Shown here one piece after another: positions 1-9,597 of a stretch of DNA of 64,000 nt. The stretch covers positions 3,136,001-3,200,000 of the forward strand of contig CAWIPH010000002.1 in assembly GCA_963837955.1 (NCBI GenBank). Reading direction: 5' to 3'. Both the position numbers and the translations under genes were made by a program. The notes under the pieces were generated by a model that worked only from the letters and a program-made list of their open reading frames with translations, was not told where the DNA came from and did no database searches. Positions within the stretch are counted from its first letter, which is position 1. Every line of letters begins with the position of its first letter. Origin of the DNA: an uncultured Verrucomicrobiae bacterium. Lineage in GTDB: Bacteria; Verrucomicrobiota; Verrucomicrobiia; Chthoniobacterales; JAFAMB01.

Positions 1-174
1 TCCGCCTCCCCCACCATGACCGCCACCACCCCCGCCTCCCCCGCCATGACCGCCGCCGCCTCCACCACCGCCGCCTCCACCACCGCCGCCTCCGTGAGCA
101 AATGCAGCCATGGGCATCATCGCTAGAATGCCGGCCAAAACCAGGCCGGTAAGTGAACCTTTTGTTAGTCTCAT
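1..174 (-). CDS. Secreted glycine-rich protein, N-terminal part (runs off the left edge)
   Basis: Manual translation from ATG at 174: MRLTKGSLTGLVLAGILAMMPMAAFA (Sec signal with AFA site), then HGGGGGG... poly-Gly with interspersed His. Not in the ORF track. Confidence 0.85.
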   Translation of the reverse strand, partial: MRLTKGSLTGLVLAGILAMMPMAAFAHGGGGGGGGGGGGGGGHGGGGGGGGGHGGGGG

Positions 175-332
175 AAACAATCTTTCTGGAAAGACTGTGG
201 TCTCGGGTACCCTTATCGGATAATCGAGTGTTCTGATCGCATATCAGCCAGCACGATAGGTGGCCGGATCATTCTGGAGGACAATTACCATCTCTTACCC
301 AAGACCTGGTTGCGGTTCTTAGGCAGCCTCTT

Positions 333-1277
333 TTAAGGGCGGACGCTCACCGCAGATAACTCGTTTCGGATCGAATTGGCGAACTGATAAAACTCACCAG
401 GGAGTCCTCCAAGCTCGCCGCTGGGGAGGGCCCAAGAAAACATCCGCTGAATTCGAAGACCAGGAATGTTAATTTGTCGAACGAGTCCCATAGCAATTTC
501 CTGTTGAATCTCCCAACAGGAAAAGAAGCCCACCCCAAGACCCCCAATCACAAGTGATTTGATCGCTTCGGGGCTTCCTAATTCAAAACGCTGATCCAAC
601 TTCCTCGGATTCACTCCGCCATCCTTCAACACACTTTCCACAATAGCTCGCGTACCTGACCCAGACTCCCGCCAAATCAAAGGCAGAGCCTCCAGGTCTC
701 GAACGGACTTCAATCCTTCAATCGCGCGGCGGAGCTTGGGGTCGGGAATTCGAGGCGCACAAACCGGAACGATTTCATCGGGCATGAACGGCTCCAGGCG
801 CACACCTGGACTACGCTGGTGGCCCTCAACTAGCCCGAGCCCCACGCGCTGTTGTCGAAGATGGTCCAGCACTTCTTCGGTGTTGCCAACGATCAGATGC
901 AGAGCAGCCGCCGGGCAGTAGTGATGGAAGCGAAGGAAAATTCTCGGCACAAAATATCTCGCCACAGTTGTGCTGGCCGCCAGAGTCAGTGTCCCATTCA
1001 CTTCCCGGGTCCCATCCAGCTCCCGCAAAATCTGTTCGAGTTCGGCAAAGACGTCTTGCACTCTTTCCCGCAGATGGGCGCCGCGCTCGGTTAAAGAGAC
1101 TCCATTGGCTGAGCGTATGAACAGTGTTGTTTCCAGGTTGGCTTCCAACCTGCGGATGTGGCCGGTAACAGCTGGCTGGGAGAGATGAAGCCGGCGAGCT
1201 GCTTCCGAGATTTGGCCAGCTTCAGCAACCGTCAAAAACGTTTGCAGCAAAATCGGAGGTATGCGGTTAACATCCAC
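333..1277 (-). CDS. LysR-family transcriptional regulator (CysL/YeiE-like)
   Basis: N-terminal LysR HTH (ISEAARRLHLSQPAVTGHIRRLE); C-terminal WRESGSGTR motif typical of CysL-like substrate-binding domains. Confidence 0.93.
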   Translation of the reverse strand: MDVNRIPPILLQTFLTVAEAGQISEAARRLHLSQPAVTGHIRRLEANLETTLFIRSANGVSLTERGAHLRERVQDVFAELEQILRELDGTREVNGTLTLAASTTVARYFVPRIFLRFHHYCPAAALHLIVGNTEEVLDHLRQQRVGLGLVEGHQRSPGVRLEPFMPDEIVPVCAPRIPDPKLRRAIEGLKSVRDLEALPLIWRESGSGTRAIVESVLKDGGVNPRKLDQRFELGSPEAIKSLVIGGLGVGFFSCWEIQQEIAMGLVRQINIPGLRIQRMFSWALPSGELGGLPGEFYQFANSIRNELSAVSVRP

Positions 1278-1732
1278 AACGGGACGATTCTAGAACGCAT
1301 GTCCTGGCTGTCCTACTCGCCGAGCCGACGAATGTAGTCCTTTGCTCTCCACAGCAAAGCCAATTGAATGATTCCTGTGTGTGTTAATGACGTAACAAAC
1401 ACAAGGATTTGAGAGGCCGGTCGTTTCTGTACCAGCTGCCGCAATCGTCGTCCGAACCGGATCTTCGCTTGCGCCTGAAACCGTTGCCGGCGAAAATGGG
1501 CGACCAACCGACCGAGTAAACCAACGAGCACTTCGCGTGCTGATGGCTCCCGTAATCGCTCAGTTGAATCCAGTTTCGCCAGGGGAGGTTCAACTTCTCA
1601 GGGTTTGGAGCGCCAATTTGATTCATGCTAAACGGTTTCTATTTCCTCGTTGACTAACTCAGGCCGGGATGATTCCCGTGCCGAAGTTAGAGAGTCTCGG
1701 ACGGCCTTGCCATCCAGTCAGCAACATGTCGA

Positions 1733-1924
1733 TTAATCAAAGGCGGAAGGATCGCCTGTATCAGGCCGATCATCTTCGCTAGCTTCAACCTTAACCTGAT
1801 CATCTCGAGCTTGCTCGTTAGCTGCGCTCTTCAACGGCAACGCCGAAGAAGCAACGGCGATGGCTGCGACGCTGGTGTAGCGCGCAAGAATGCTTAATCC
1901 GTCTGATTGATGTAATCGACTCAT
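1733..1924 (-). CDS. Possible small hypothetical protein, perhaps secreted
   Basis: MSRLHQSDG... with an Ala-rich hydrophobic stretch and an acidic tail; AGGGTGG lies upstream of the ATG at 1924. No family recognised. Confidence 0.3.
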   Translation of the reverse strand: MSRLHQSDGLSILARYTSVAAIAVASSALPLKSAANEQARDDQVKVEASEDDRPDTGDPSAFD

Positions 1925-2137
1925 ATGTTCCACCCTGCGTTCTCGGGGGGGGAACATTTGTCATTCCTTGGCGGATCACTGTTGGGAAAAGCGGGCAAAC
2001 TCGTTCGCAACCCTTTTCCCCCAATCCTGCGGAATCCTAAATTCACATTATGTTAGACGCCAGAAGTGCTCGCCGGTCCAAGAATTTGTTCACACACCGA
2101 AAGAAATGACACTTCATGGGAAACTCTCCTGATTAGT

Positions 2138-2170
2138 TATATGTGTTACATATAGCAATATCCGTGTCAA
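2138..2170 (-). promoter_or_regulatory. Candidate sigma70 -35 (TTGACA) with a 7-3-7 palindromic operator over the -10 region
   Basis: TATATGT-GTT-ACATATA at 2138-2154; TTGACA on the minus strand at 2165-2170. Confidence 0.45.
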
Positions 2171-2351
2171 GCCACCACGCCGATTTCTTGTGTCTCACGC
2201 TGCTTCGCCAACTCCCGATGAGCCAGTGTCCGGCTTGAGCTAGGGAAACCAGGCATGTATGCGGAAGTCTCGCTGGATATGAACCAGCGATGAAAAAGAA
2301 GATTCGGCAAGGATCGCGGCACATGTTTACAACATCATACGCATATGTGTT

Positions 2352-2436
2352 GTCACGCGCCTTCAGCGCTTGATCGCCTATTTTCTGGTTCCTAGGGCTT
2401 CACCCTAGGCTATCTTGAGACACGCCTTCGGCGCTC
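2352..2436. repeat. REP-like palindromic element
   Basis: cgcgccttcagcgct and cacgccttcggcgct flank the hairpin CCTAGGG-cttca-CCCTAGG. Confidence 0.6.
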
Positions 2437-2468
2437 GCGGCTATCCGCCGCGCAAAGCCCGATCGCTA

Positions 2469-2556
2469 ATCGCTCCATCGCTCCATCGCTCCATCGCTCC
2501 ATCGCTCCATCGCTCCATCACTCCATCACTCCATCACTCCATCACTCCATCACTCC
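2469..2556. repeat. Tandem 8-mer array, 11 units
   Basis: 6 x ATCGCTCC followed by 5 x ATCACTCC, counted directly. Confidence 0.95.
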
Positions 2557-2675
2557 ACCGTGGTGACCGCCGTTAGGGGCGGGCCCCGCCCGAAACGGCG
2601 GTCCGGCCGCGCACGAGGATGGACTGTTCGGAAAAGATTGACTCTCGAGGGGAGATCGAATAAACGACGTTACAC

Positions 2676-3641
2676 GTGTTACGAAAAGAAATATCCATCT
2701 CAGACAAGACGCCCGGTTCTTGGCTGTTCTTATTGTTTAATCTGCCTGCCAAGCAATCCAGCGATCGGGTCAAAGTGTGGCGCCGGCTGAAAAAATTTGG
2801 CGCTATCCAGCTTAAAACGTCGACCTACGTGCTCCCGGACGAGCCAGTCCATTACGAGCGATTTCAGTGGCTCGCCAAAGAGATTGTTGATACCGGAGGA
2901 GAGGCCACCCTGGTGCGGGTCAAAGACATCGAGGGCATGCCTCATGCCGCGATTGTTGCCCTGTTCAACGAAGCACGCGCCCGCGATTACGATGAGCTAT
3001 TTGAGCCCTTGAATCTCCTCATCAAAGACAGCAAAGCTCGCAAACAATCCCCGGAGACGTTTTCCAATCAGTTGCGGAAGCTTCGCCAGCGTTTTCAGGA
3101 GATTCGGGACATTGATTATTTTCAAAGCTCACGCGGCGAAGATTTGCAGAGGCTCCTGCAGAAAGCAGAAGCCCTTGAATCTCCCAAAAAGAAGCCTGTA
3201 ACGACAATACGGCTCAGAGCCGAGGATTATCGAAGCAAATCATGGGTTACTCGTCCTCGCCCGGAAATCGATCGGGTGGGCTCCGCCTGGCTAATCCGTA
3301 AGTTCATCGATCCTAGCGCCAAATTCGTGTTTGCCAATACTCCCGCCGAGTTCCCCCAGGCAATTCCGTACGACATGTTCGAGGTAGAGTTCAGCCATCA
3401 TGGGGACCACTGCACTTTCGAAACGCTAATCCAACGTTTCGGTATTCGCGACCGAGCCGTGCTCCGGTTAGCTGAAGTCATTCACGATGCCGACGTCGAA
3501 GATGACAAATTTCGCCGAGTCGAAGGCTTCGGAGTTGAGCAAATATTCAAAGGCTGGGCCAAACAGGGCCTGCGGGACCAAGAAATTCTCGCGAAGGGAT
3601 TCGAGTGTTTTGACGCGCTCTACGCCCAATTCAAAAGGTGA
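2676..3641 (+). CDS. chrB: Chromate resistance protein ChrB
   Basis: N-terminal RVKVWRRLKKFGA and C-terminal WVTRPRPEIDR...WLIRKFID...FSHHGDHCTFE motifs; overlaps chrA. Confidence 0.9.
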   Translation: MLRKEISISDKTPGSWLFLLFNLPAKQSSDRVKVWRRLKKFGAIQLKTSTYVLPDEPVHYERFQWLAKEIVDTGGEATLVRVKDIEGMPHAAIVALFNEARARDYDELFEPLNLLIKDSKARKQSPETFSNQLRKLRQRFQEIRDIDYFQSSRGEDLQRLLQKAEALESPKKKPVTTIRLRAEDYRSKSWVTRPRPEIDRVGSAWLIRKFIDPSAKFVFANTPAEFPQAIPYDMFEVEFSHHGDHCTFETLIQRFGIRDRAVLRLAEVIHDADVEDDKFRRVEGFGVEQIFKGWAKQGLRDQEILAKGFECFDALYAQFKR

Positions 3642-4990
3642 TGGAAACTTTGTCCGCTTCAGGAAACGTCGATGACGCTCGACCAGAGAGCACGCAGCAT
3701 CCCAGCTTCGGGGAAGCCTTCCGGTTCTGGCTAAAGCTTGGATTCATCAGCTTTGGCGGGCCGACCGGACAAATCGCGATCATGCACACCGAGTTGGTGG
3801 AGAAAAGAAAATGGATCAGCGAAGCGCGCTTCCTCCATGCACTCAATTACTGCATGCTCCTGCCCGGTCCGGAGGCTCAGCAACTGGCCATTTATGTCGG
3901 CTGGCTCCTGCACAAGACGAGGGGCGGCATTGTCGCCGGAGCTTTTTTCGTTATCCCGTCGATCTTCATTCTTTGGGGGCTCAGCTATATCTATGTGACA
4001 TTGGGGAACCTACCCTGGGTCGCAGCGATCTTTTACGGTCTGAAGCCAGCGGTGCTCGCGATCGTCGCTGCCGCAGTGATCCGCATCGGACGCCGGGCAC
4101 TTAAGAATGAAGTGATGTGGATGCTGGCGGCGGCCGCATTTACAGCCATCTTTTTTCTCCATGTTCCATTTCCTCTGATCATCATCAGTGCGGCACTCAT
4201 CGGATTTCTCGGAGGTAAACGGAGGCGAGATAAATTCCTTGTCATCCGCGGTCACGGACAGGGAAAGAGCGACTCGGTTTTGGATGATACATCGGCAATC
4301 CCCGAACACGCGAAATCTTCCTGGAATCGCGCGCTTCGGGTTTGTGTTACCTGGGTCTCACTCTGGTGGGCGCCTGTCCTTTTGCTGGGCCTTTGGCTGG
4401 GTCCAAATCACACGCTGTTTCGGGAAGGGGTCTTCTTCAGCACCGCGGCCATAGTCACTTTTGGCGGAGCTTATGCAGTTCTGCCATACGTGGCCCAACA
4501 AGCCGTCCAACACTATGGCTGGCTTAGCGCCGGTCAGATGCTCGACGGACTTGGGCTGGCGGAGACTACGCCTGGTCCACTCATTATGGTCACACAGTTT
4601 GTTGGTTTCCTCGGTGGGTGGAACTATCCTGGCAGCTTACCGCCCATTTTGTCCGCCACCCTTGGAGCGTTGGTAACCACCTGGACCACCTTTGTCCCTT
4701 GCTTTCTCTGGATCTTCCTGGGTGGACCTTACATTGAACAACTTAGAGGCAACGAAGGACTGAGTGCGGCATTATCCGCCGTGACCGCCGCCGTTGTCGG
4801 TGTCGTCTTAAATCTCGCGGTCTGGTTTGCCTTGCACGTGATACTTCCTGGCAATGGCGCGGTCGATTGGTTCGCTATCATCGTCGGCATTGTTGCATTC
4901 ATCGGAATGGTCAGATGGAAGTGGGAAATTATACCGGTCGTTTTTGGCGCCGGATTCGCCGGCCTGATTTTTAAGCTGGTGATCGCCTGA
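3638..4990 (+). CDS. chrA: Chromate efflux transporter ChrA (long-chain CHR)
   Basis: SFGGP...LPGP in the first half and TFGGAY...TPGP in the second half; multiple TM segments. Confidence 0.95.
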   Translation: MMETLSASGNVDDARPESTQHPSFGEAFRFWLKLGFISFGGPTGQIAIMHTELVEKRKWISEARFLHALNYCMLLPGPEAQQLAIYVGWLLHKTRGGIVAGAFFVIPSIFILWGLSYIYVTLGNLPWVAAIFYGLKPAVLAIVAAAVIRIGRRALKNEVMWMLAAAAFTAIFFLHVPFPLIIISAALIGFLGGKRRRDKFLVIRGHGQGKSDSVLDDTSAIPEHAKSSWNRALRVCVTWVSLWWAPVLLLGLWLGPNHTLFREGVFFSTAAIVTFGGAYAVLPYVAQQAVQHYGWLSAGQMLDGLGLAETTPGPLIMVTQFVGFLGGWNYPGSLPPILSATLGALVTTWTTFVPCFLWIFLGGPYIEQLRGNEGLSAALSAVTAAVVGVVLNLAVWFALHVILPGNGAVDWFAIIVGIVAFIGMVRWKWEIIPVVFGAGFAGLIFKLVIA

Positions 4991-5024
4991 AGATGGTATG
5001 CGGAGATGCAACTCCGCGAATCTC

Positions 5025-5116
5025 TTTCCCGGGGTTAAAACCCCGGGCGGGGAGGGATCGCGTCCTCGCGATCCGCGGCGCACGAGGACGTGCGCCCTCC
5101 CCCTCTGGGGCAGAGA
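5025..5116. repeat. Composite REP-like palindrome between convergent genes
   Basis: TTTCCCGGGGTTAAAACCCCGGGC hairpin, then a GGAG-type inverted doublet, then CCCCTCTGGGGCAGAGA. Confidence 0.8.
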
Positions 5117-5137
5117 ACAATCCCGGATTCCCAGCTC

Positions 5138-6694
5138 CTAGCTTCCCGATTCTACCTTCTTCTTATAGAACTCGCTGTGGGTGCGGCTGTAGAGAACATA
5201 GATAATCAGACCCAGGGCGAGCCAAACAAAGAAACGAATCCAGGTGATCACTGTGAGGCCAGTCATCAATCCGGTGCACAGGAAAACTGATATCAGCGGA
5301 AAAACCGGCGAGAACGGAACCCGGAATCCGCGCGGACGGCTCGGTTCCTTGCTCCGCAGAAAGATCACACCCAGAGAAACGAGAACGAAAGCAAAGAGTG
5401 TACCGATGTTCGATAGGTCGGCCGCGTCACCAATGTCCACGAACCCGGCGGGGATGCCAACGGCAAAGCCGGCGATCCAGGTCGACCAGTGGGGAGTTTC
5501 ATAACGTTTGTGGACAGAGGAGAAGAGCTTCGGCAAAAGTCCGTCGCGCGACATGGCGAACCAAATGCGGGCTTGTCCATACTGGAACACCAACAGCGAG
5601 GAAACCATTCCAGTGAGCGCTCCGATGATTATGACCGATTGAAATATGGGGGAAGCGCCCAACGCCTTTAGGGCATACGCCACGGGCGCTTCGGCAGCGG
5701 CACCAGAAACGAACGTCGTGTACTTCATCATCCCGAGTAGGACCACCGCAACACCGACGTAAAGAATGGTGCAAACAATGAGCGACGCGATGATGCCAAA
5801 CGGAATGTCCTTCTGCGGGTTCTTGGCCTCCTCGGATGCGGTAGAGACCGAATCGAAGCCGATATAAGTAAAGAAAATGATCGCCCCACCGGCCAGCACA
5901 CCCGTGAATCCGGATGGCGCGAACGGATGCCAGTTGGTGGCGTGCACGAGGCTACCACCCACAACCAGGAAGGTAACGATCGCCAGGATCTTCACTACAA
6001 CCATAAAATTGTTTGTACTCGCCGACTCGCGTACTCCGCGCACCAGCAACACCGTCAGGAAAAAGACGATCAGGAAAGCAGGCAGGTTGAAGTACGATCC
6101 GGTCCACTGACCTGCAGTCCAGACCGGGCTCGACCATTGGTCCGGCAAAACGATGCCGAATCCGGCAAGTTGTGCCTTCAAATAACCACTGAAGCTGGCA
6201 GCCACCGCGACATTGGACACCGCATACTCGAGGATGAGATCCCAGCCGATGATCCAAGCAAAAATCTCACCTAGCGTTGCATAGGAGTAGGTATAAGCGC
6301 TTCCGGCTATCGGTATCATCGAGGCCAATTCGGCATAGCAGAGCCCGGCGAAGCCGCAGGCGACTGCCACTAAGATGAATGAAAGGGCGATAGCTGGACC
6401 CGCCGGCGGACGGCCGTGCAAGAGCGCTCCCGAGAGATCGCCGTGCTGAAAGAAATTCATCAGTAGATCCAACACCTGCGCGTGCAGGAACGAAGGCGCT
6501 GCAAAGTGCTCGCCGGCTGCGGCCGTTCCGGTCAAGACAAAGATACCTGAGCCAATAATGGCCCCGATGCCTAACGCAGTGAGACTCCAGGGGCCAAGGC
6601 TCTTTTTCAAGCGGCGGCCCGAGTTCTCCGAGTCGGCCACTAATTTGTCGATCGATTTGCAGGCAAGAATTTGCTTCGGGGATCTATTATTCAT
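5138..6694 (-). CDS. APC-family amino acid permease (CAT/YfnA-like)
   Basis: GIGAIIGSGIF, CYAELASMIPIAGSAY, YIGFD and EEAKNPQKD motifs; many TM segments. Confidence 0.95.
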   Translation of the reverse strand: MNNRSPKQILACKSIDKLVADSENSGRRLKKSLGPWSLTALGIGAIIGSGIFVLTGTAAAGEHFAAPSFLHAQVLDLLMNFFQHGDLSGALLHGRPPAGPAIALSFILVAVACGFAGLCYAELASMIPIAGSAYTYSYATLGEIFAWIIGWDLILEYAVSNVAVAASFSGYLKAQLAGFGIVLPDQWSSPVWTAGQWTGSYFNLPAFLIVFFLTVLLVRGVRESASTNNFMVVVKILAIVTFLVVGGSLVHATNWHPFAPSGFTGVLAGGAIIFFTYIGFDSVSTASEEAKNPQKDIPFGIIASLIVCTILYVGVAVVLLGMMKYTTFVSGAAAEAPVAYALKALGASPIFQSVIIIGALTGMVSSLLVFQYGQARIWFAMSRDGLLPKLFSSVHKRYETPHWSTWIAGFAVGIPAGFVDIGDAADLSNIGTLFAFVLVSLGVIFLRSKEPSRPRGFRVPFSPVFPLISVFLCTGLMTGLTVITWIRFFVWLALGLIIYVLYSRTHSEFYKKKVESGS

Positions 6695-6809
6695 CGTCAG
6701 GCGCTCGCATCAGCACTCGGTTGTACTCGAGTCCTCAAAAAAAGCCGCAATAAAATAGACTTCGGGTCAATCGCGGCGTGGCGGCGTGACGGCGGTGACG
6801 CCCCATCTG

Positions 6810-6902
6810 TCACATGGGATGCATGAGGTGGATGCGACCTATGGGACACATGGGACACATCGGACATTGGGACACATGGGTCACATGGGACCGATGCGAC
6901 AC
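6810..6902. repeat. Degenerate 9-mer tandem repeat (ATGGGACAC-like)
   Basis: atgggacac / atgggtcac / atgcgacct units; a related tract lies at about 48530-48573. Confidence 0.75.
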
Positions 6903-6924
6903 AGCTCGCGCCGTCAGAAGGTCG

Positions 6925-8580
6925 CTATTCTCCGAAGCGCTCGCGGATCTTTGGCGGGACAAACTCCATGTCGGACGCTTCCCGAATCGCTAACTTGATC
7001 TGTGCCTCCAGAATACCGGGAGCGACCGGACTCTGATATTGCGCTAAACAACGATCGAGCGCTTCCATGGCGGTGACTCCAGCGGTCTGCATCACCCGAT
7101 ATGTTTTCAGGATGATCGTTTCCGCTGCGCCTGGCGTGAGCAGATCGGGCACCGGCTTGTCATAGGTCGGCGCGAGTTCAAGCGTGTACCGCTTAGCCAA
7201 AGTGCGGAGCAGTTGATAACCTTCTTCGGGCGAGCTGGTCGGAAAGATCGGCACCTTGAGATCGACTCGACCGGGTCGCTTGAGGTCGACCTCGATCAAG
7301 TCCGGCCGACTGGAGGCAAGAACCCAGATAACCCTGCCCCGGTTTTCCGGCCGACTCATTTCGGCGGCCATCATCGAGTAGATGCGACCGGAAAGGCCCG
7401 CGTCTTGGCCGCTGCTGTCGCGCTTCCCGAGCGCTTGGTCCGCTTCGTCGACGAAGACGTAGCAGCGATCAAGCGCTTGCAGCAGGCGGAAGATTTTTTC
7501 GAGATTTCCTTCGGTGCTGCCGACCCAACGATCGCGGAAGTTTTTGATTTTGACGACCGGCACGCCCGCTTCACCTGCCAGGCATTCCACCAAAAATGTT
7601 TTGCCGGTTCCAACCGGTCCGCAGATGAGGTAACCCATGGGAAGACCGCGGAGGTCACCGGAGCGCCACAAAGCCAGGTCCTGCCGGAAACATTCCTTTA
7701 ACTTCTCCTGGCCGTAGAGATCATCGAGCGTCCGTTTCGGTTCGATAAACTCAATGAGACCCTGACATTCCTCCTCAACCAGCAGCTGTTTCTGTTCGGC
7801 TAGATCGGCATCGGACAACGCCTCCTTTTTGTATTCTTTCAAGCGAAGCAGCCGGTCTAATCCGTTGATCGTAATGCCCGTCAAACCTTTGGCTAGCCGG
7901 CCGGAATCGTCGTGGTAACCAGAAAGCGCTGTTGGATAGCTGCCACCGACGAGATTGATGGCGCTGCCCAGATCTTGGACCGTTGGCAAAGGTATCTTGA
8001 TCCTGGCCACTCGCGGGTTCTGTACAATGATGGGATGAAGATCATTGAGATTTTCGGTCAATAGACAAGTGACCACCGGATGCCCGCGGAGAAGCTCTTC
8101 AGTGCCCCAGTCGCGAAACAGAAGCGCCAGCGCGTTCAGATCATAGTTGAGGACCCCAGGAACCGCCGGCGAAACCAAATGCGACGACTCCACGATGACT
8201 CCAACTGAAACGCGTCCTCGGTTAATTCGGCCGAGATTTGCACAGTAGCGCAAATACCTCGTCAATAACTCCGCTGCTGGCCGCGGCGCTTTGGGCAGCT
8301 CCGGAGCCACTTGAATCGGGGGCCACTGCTTAAGCTTTTCGCCTCCGCGTTCAACTCGGAGCCCGTTACCCAGATCGTAGTTGAAGATCACCTCGAATTG
8401 CGGCATCAGAATCCGCTTTAGAAAATCGACCAGCGAGCCGTGAACCGTTTCATCATCGACCTCGAATAGAAAACGGTCGTAAATGTTCCCGTATAAAATG
8501 AACTGGTTCGCGGAGTCGCTCTCGTAGAGGGCGATCATCTCCTTAGCCCATTCAGGCAGGGTCTCGCGAAGGTAACTCAT
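6925..8580 (-). CDS. AAA+ ATPase, classical clade (SpoVK/Ycf46/Vps4-like)
   Basis: Walker A GPVGTGKT, Walker B VFVDEAD, SRH with arginine finger LKRPGRVD; the N-terminal half looks like a degenerate AAA module. Confidence 0.9.
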   Translation of the reverse strand: MSYLRETLPEWAKEMIALYESDSANQFILYGNIYDRFLFEVDDETVHGSLVDFLKRILMPQFEVIFNYDLGNGLRVERGGEKLKQWPPIQVAPELPKAPRPAAELLTRYLRYCANLGRINRGRVSVGVIVESSHLVSPAVPGVLNYDLNALALLFRDWGTEELLRGHPVVTCLLTENLNDLHPIIVQNPRVARIKIPLPTVQDLGSAINLVGGSYPTALSGYHDDSGRLAKGLTGITINGLDRLLRLKEYKKEALSDADLAEQKQLLVEEECQGLIEFIEPKRTLDDLYGQEKLKECFRQDLALWRSGDLRGLPMGYLICGPVGTGKTFLVECLAGEAGVPVVKIKNFRDRWVGSTEGNLEKIFRLLQALDRCYVFVDEADQALGKRDSSGQDAGLSGRIYSMMAAEMSRPENRGRVIWVLASSRPDLIEVDLKRPGRVDLKVPIFPTSSPEEGYQLLRTLAKRYTLELAPTYDKPVPDLLTPGAAETIILKTYRVMQTAGVTAMEALDRCLAQYQSPVAPGILEAQIKLAIREASDMEFVPPKIRERFGE

Positions 8581-8664
8581 TGGTCTGTTTTCGTACCGGT
8601 GAATTGCATAGCCTCTTCTTGGGTGACTGGCAACCGTAGTCAGAGTTGACAGGATGCATGGTCG

Positions 8665-9429
8665 TTACAAAGACGCACTCATGCCGCCGTCCACGTAAAT
8701 AATCTGCCCATTTACAAACGCTGAAGCATCGCTGCTCAAGAATACCGCTGTGCCGGCAAGTTCGGCCGGAGAACCCCAACGTTGAGCGGGCGTTCTTTGC
8801 TTGACCCAAGCATCGAAGTTTGGGTCGTCGGCCAACACTTGGGTCATCTCAGTAATGAAATAACCTGGGCCGATTGCATTGATCTGAATGTTGAATCGAG
8901 CCCAATCAGCACACATGGCTTTAGTCAACATTTTCAGTCCACCCTTCGCGGCCGTATAGGGGCCGGTCGTGGTCCGGGCGAAATCGCTTTGGAGGGAACA
9001 AACGTTAATAATCTTACCACTTTTGCGTTCGATCATCCCTTTGATGACTTCCCGAGATACCAACATGGCGCTCGTCAGATTCGTCTCGAGGACCTCAGTC
9101 CAAACCGGAAGAGAGACTTCGTCTAAGCGAATGCGACGCTGGATGCCGGCGTTATTCACAAGGACGTCAATTGGACTCTCGGCGGCAATCCGATTGATCG
9201 CATCACGAATTTCGTTCTCCCGCGTGATATCGAACTGAGCCTCACCGACAGAGAGTTCTTCTTTGCGCAATTCTTCGGCAGCGGAATGCAATTTGGCCTG
9301 GTTACGTCCGTTCAGGATCACATGGGCGCCGTGCTGAGCGAGACCGCGGGCGATGTGAAATCCGAGGCCCGCATTAGAACCTGTGACCAGGATGCGTTTG
9401 TGGGAGAGATTGAAGAGTGAATTAAGCAT
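8665..9429 (-). CDS. idnO: Gluconate 5-dehydrogenase (SDR)
   Basis: TGSNAGLG, NNAG and YTAAK motifs; IdnO-like C-terminus (PGYF..EMT...RTPA.RWG). Start reassigned to the ATG at 9429. Confidence 0.8.
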   Translation of the reverse strand: MLNSLFNLSHKRILVTGSNAGLGFHIARGLAQHGAHVILNGRNQAKLHSAAEELRKEELSVGEAQFDITRENEIRDAINRIAAESPIDVLVNNAGIQRRIRLDEVSLPVWTEVLETNLTSAMLVSREVIKGMIERKSGKIINVCSLQSDFARTTTGPYTAAKGGLKMLTKAMCADWARFNIQINAIGPGYFITEMTQVLADDPNFDAWVKQRTPAQRWGSPAELAGTAVFLSSDASAFVNGQIIYVDGGMSASL

Positions 9430-9597
9430 GGGAAAGGTGCTGAAAGGGTCCACCGCTCGACGCCGCAGCCTTTTAGATTCTAGCTGCGAGATTTACCGGC
9501 CTCACCGGAACTGTCCCTCCCTCACCCCTGGATTCCAAATTCTTAATTGCGGATTCATGGCAGCTCCACCTCGGCAGCAGCCTTCCTCCAAGCGACG

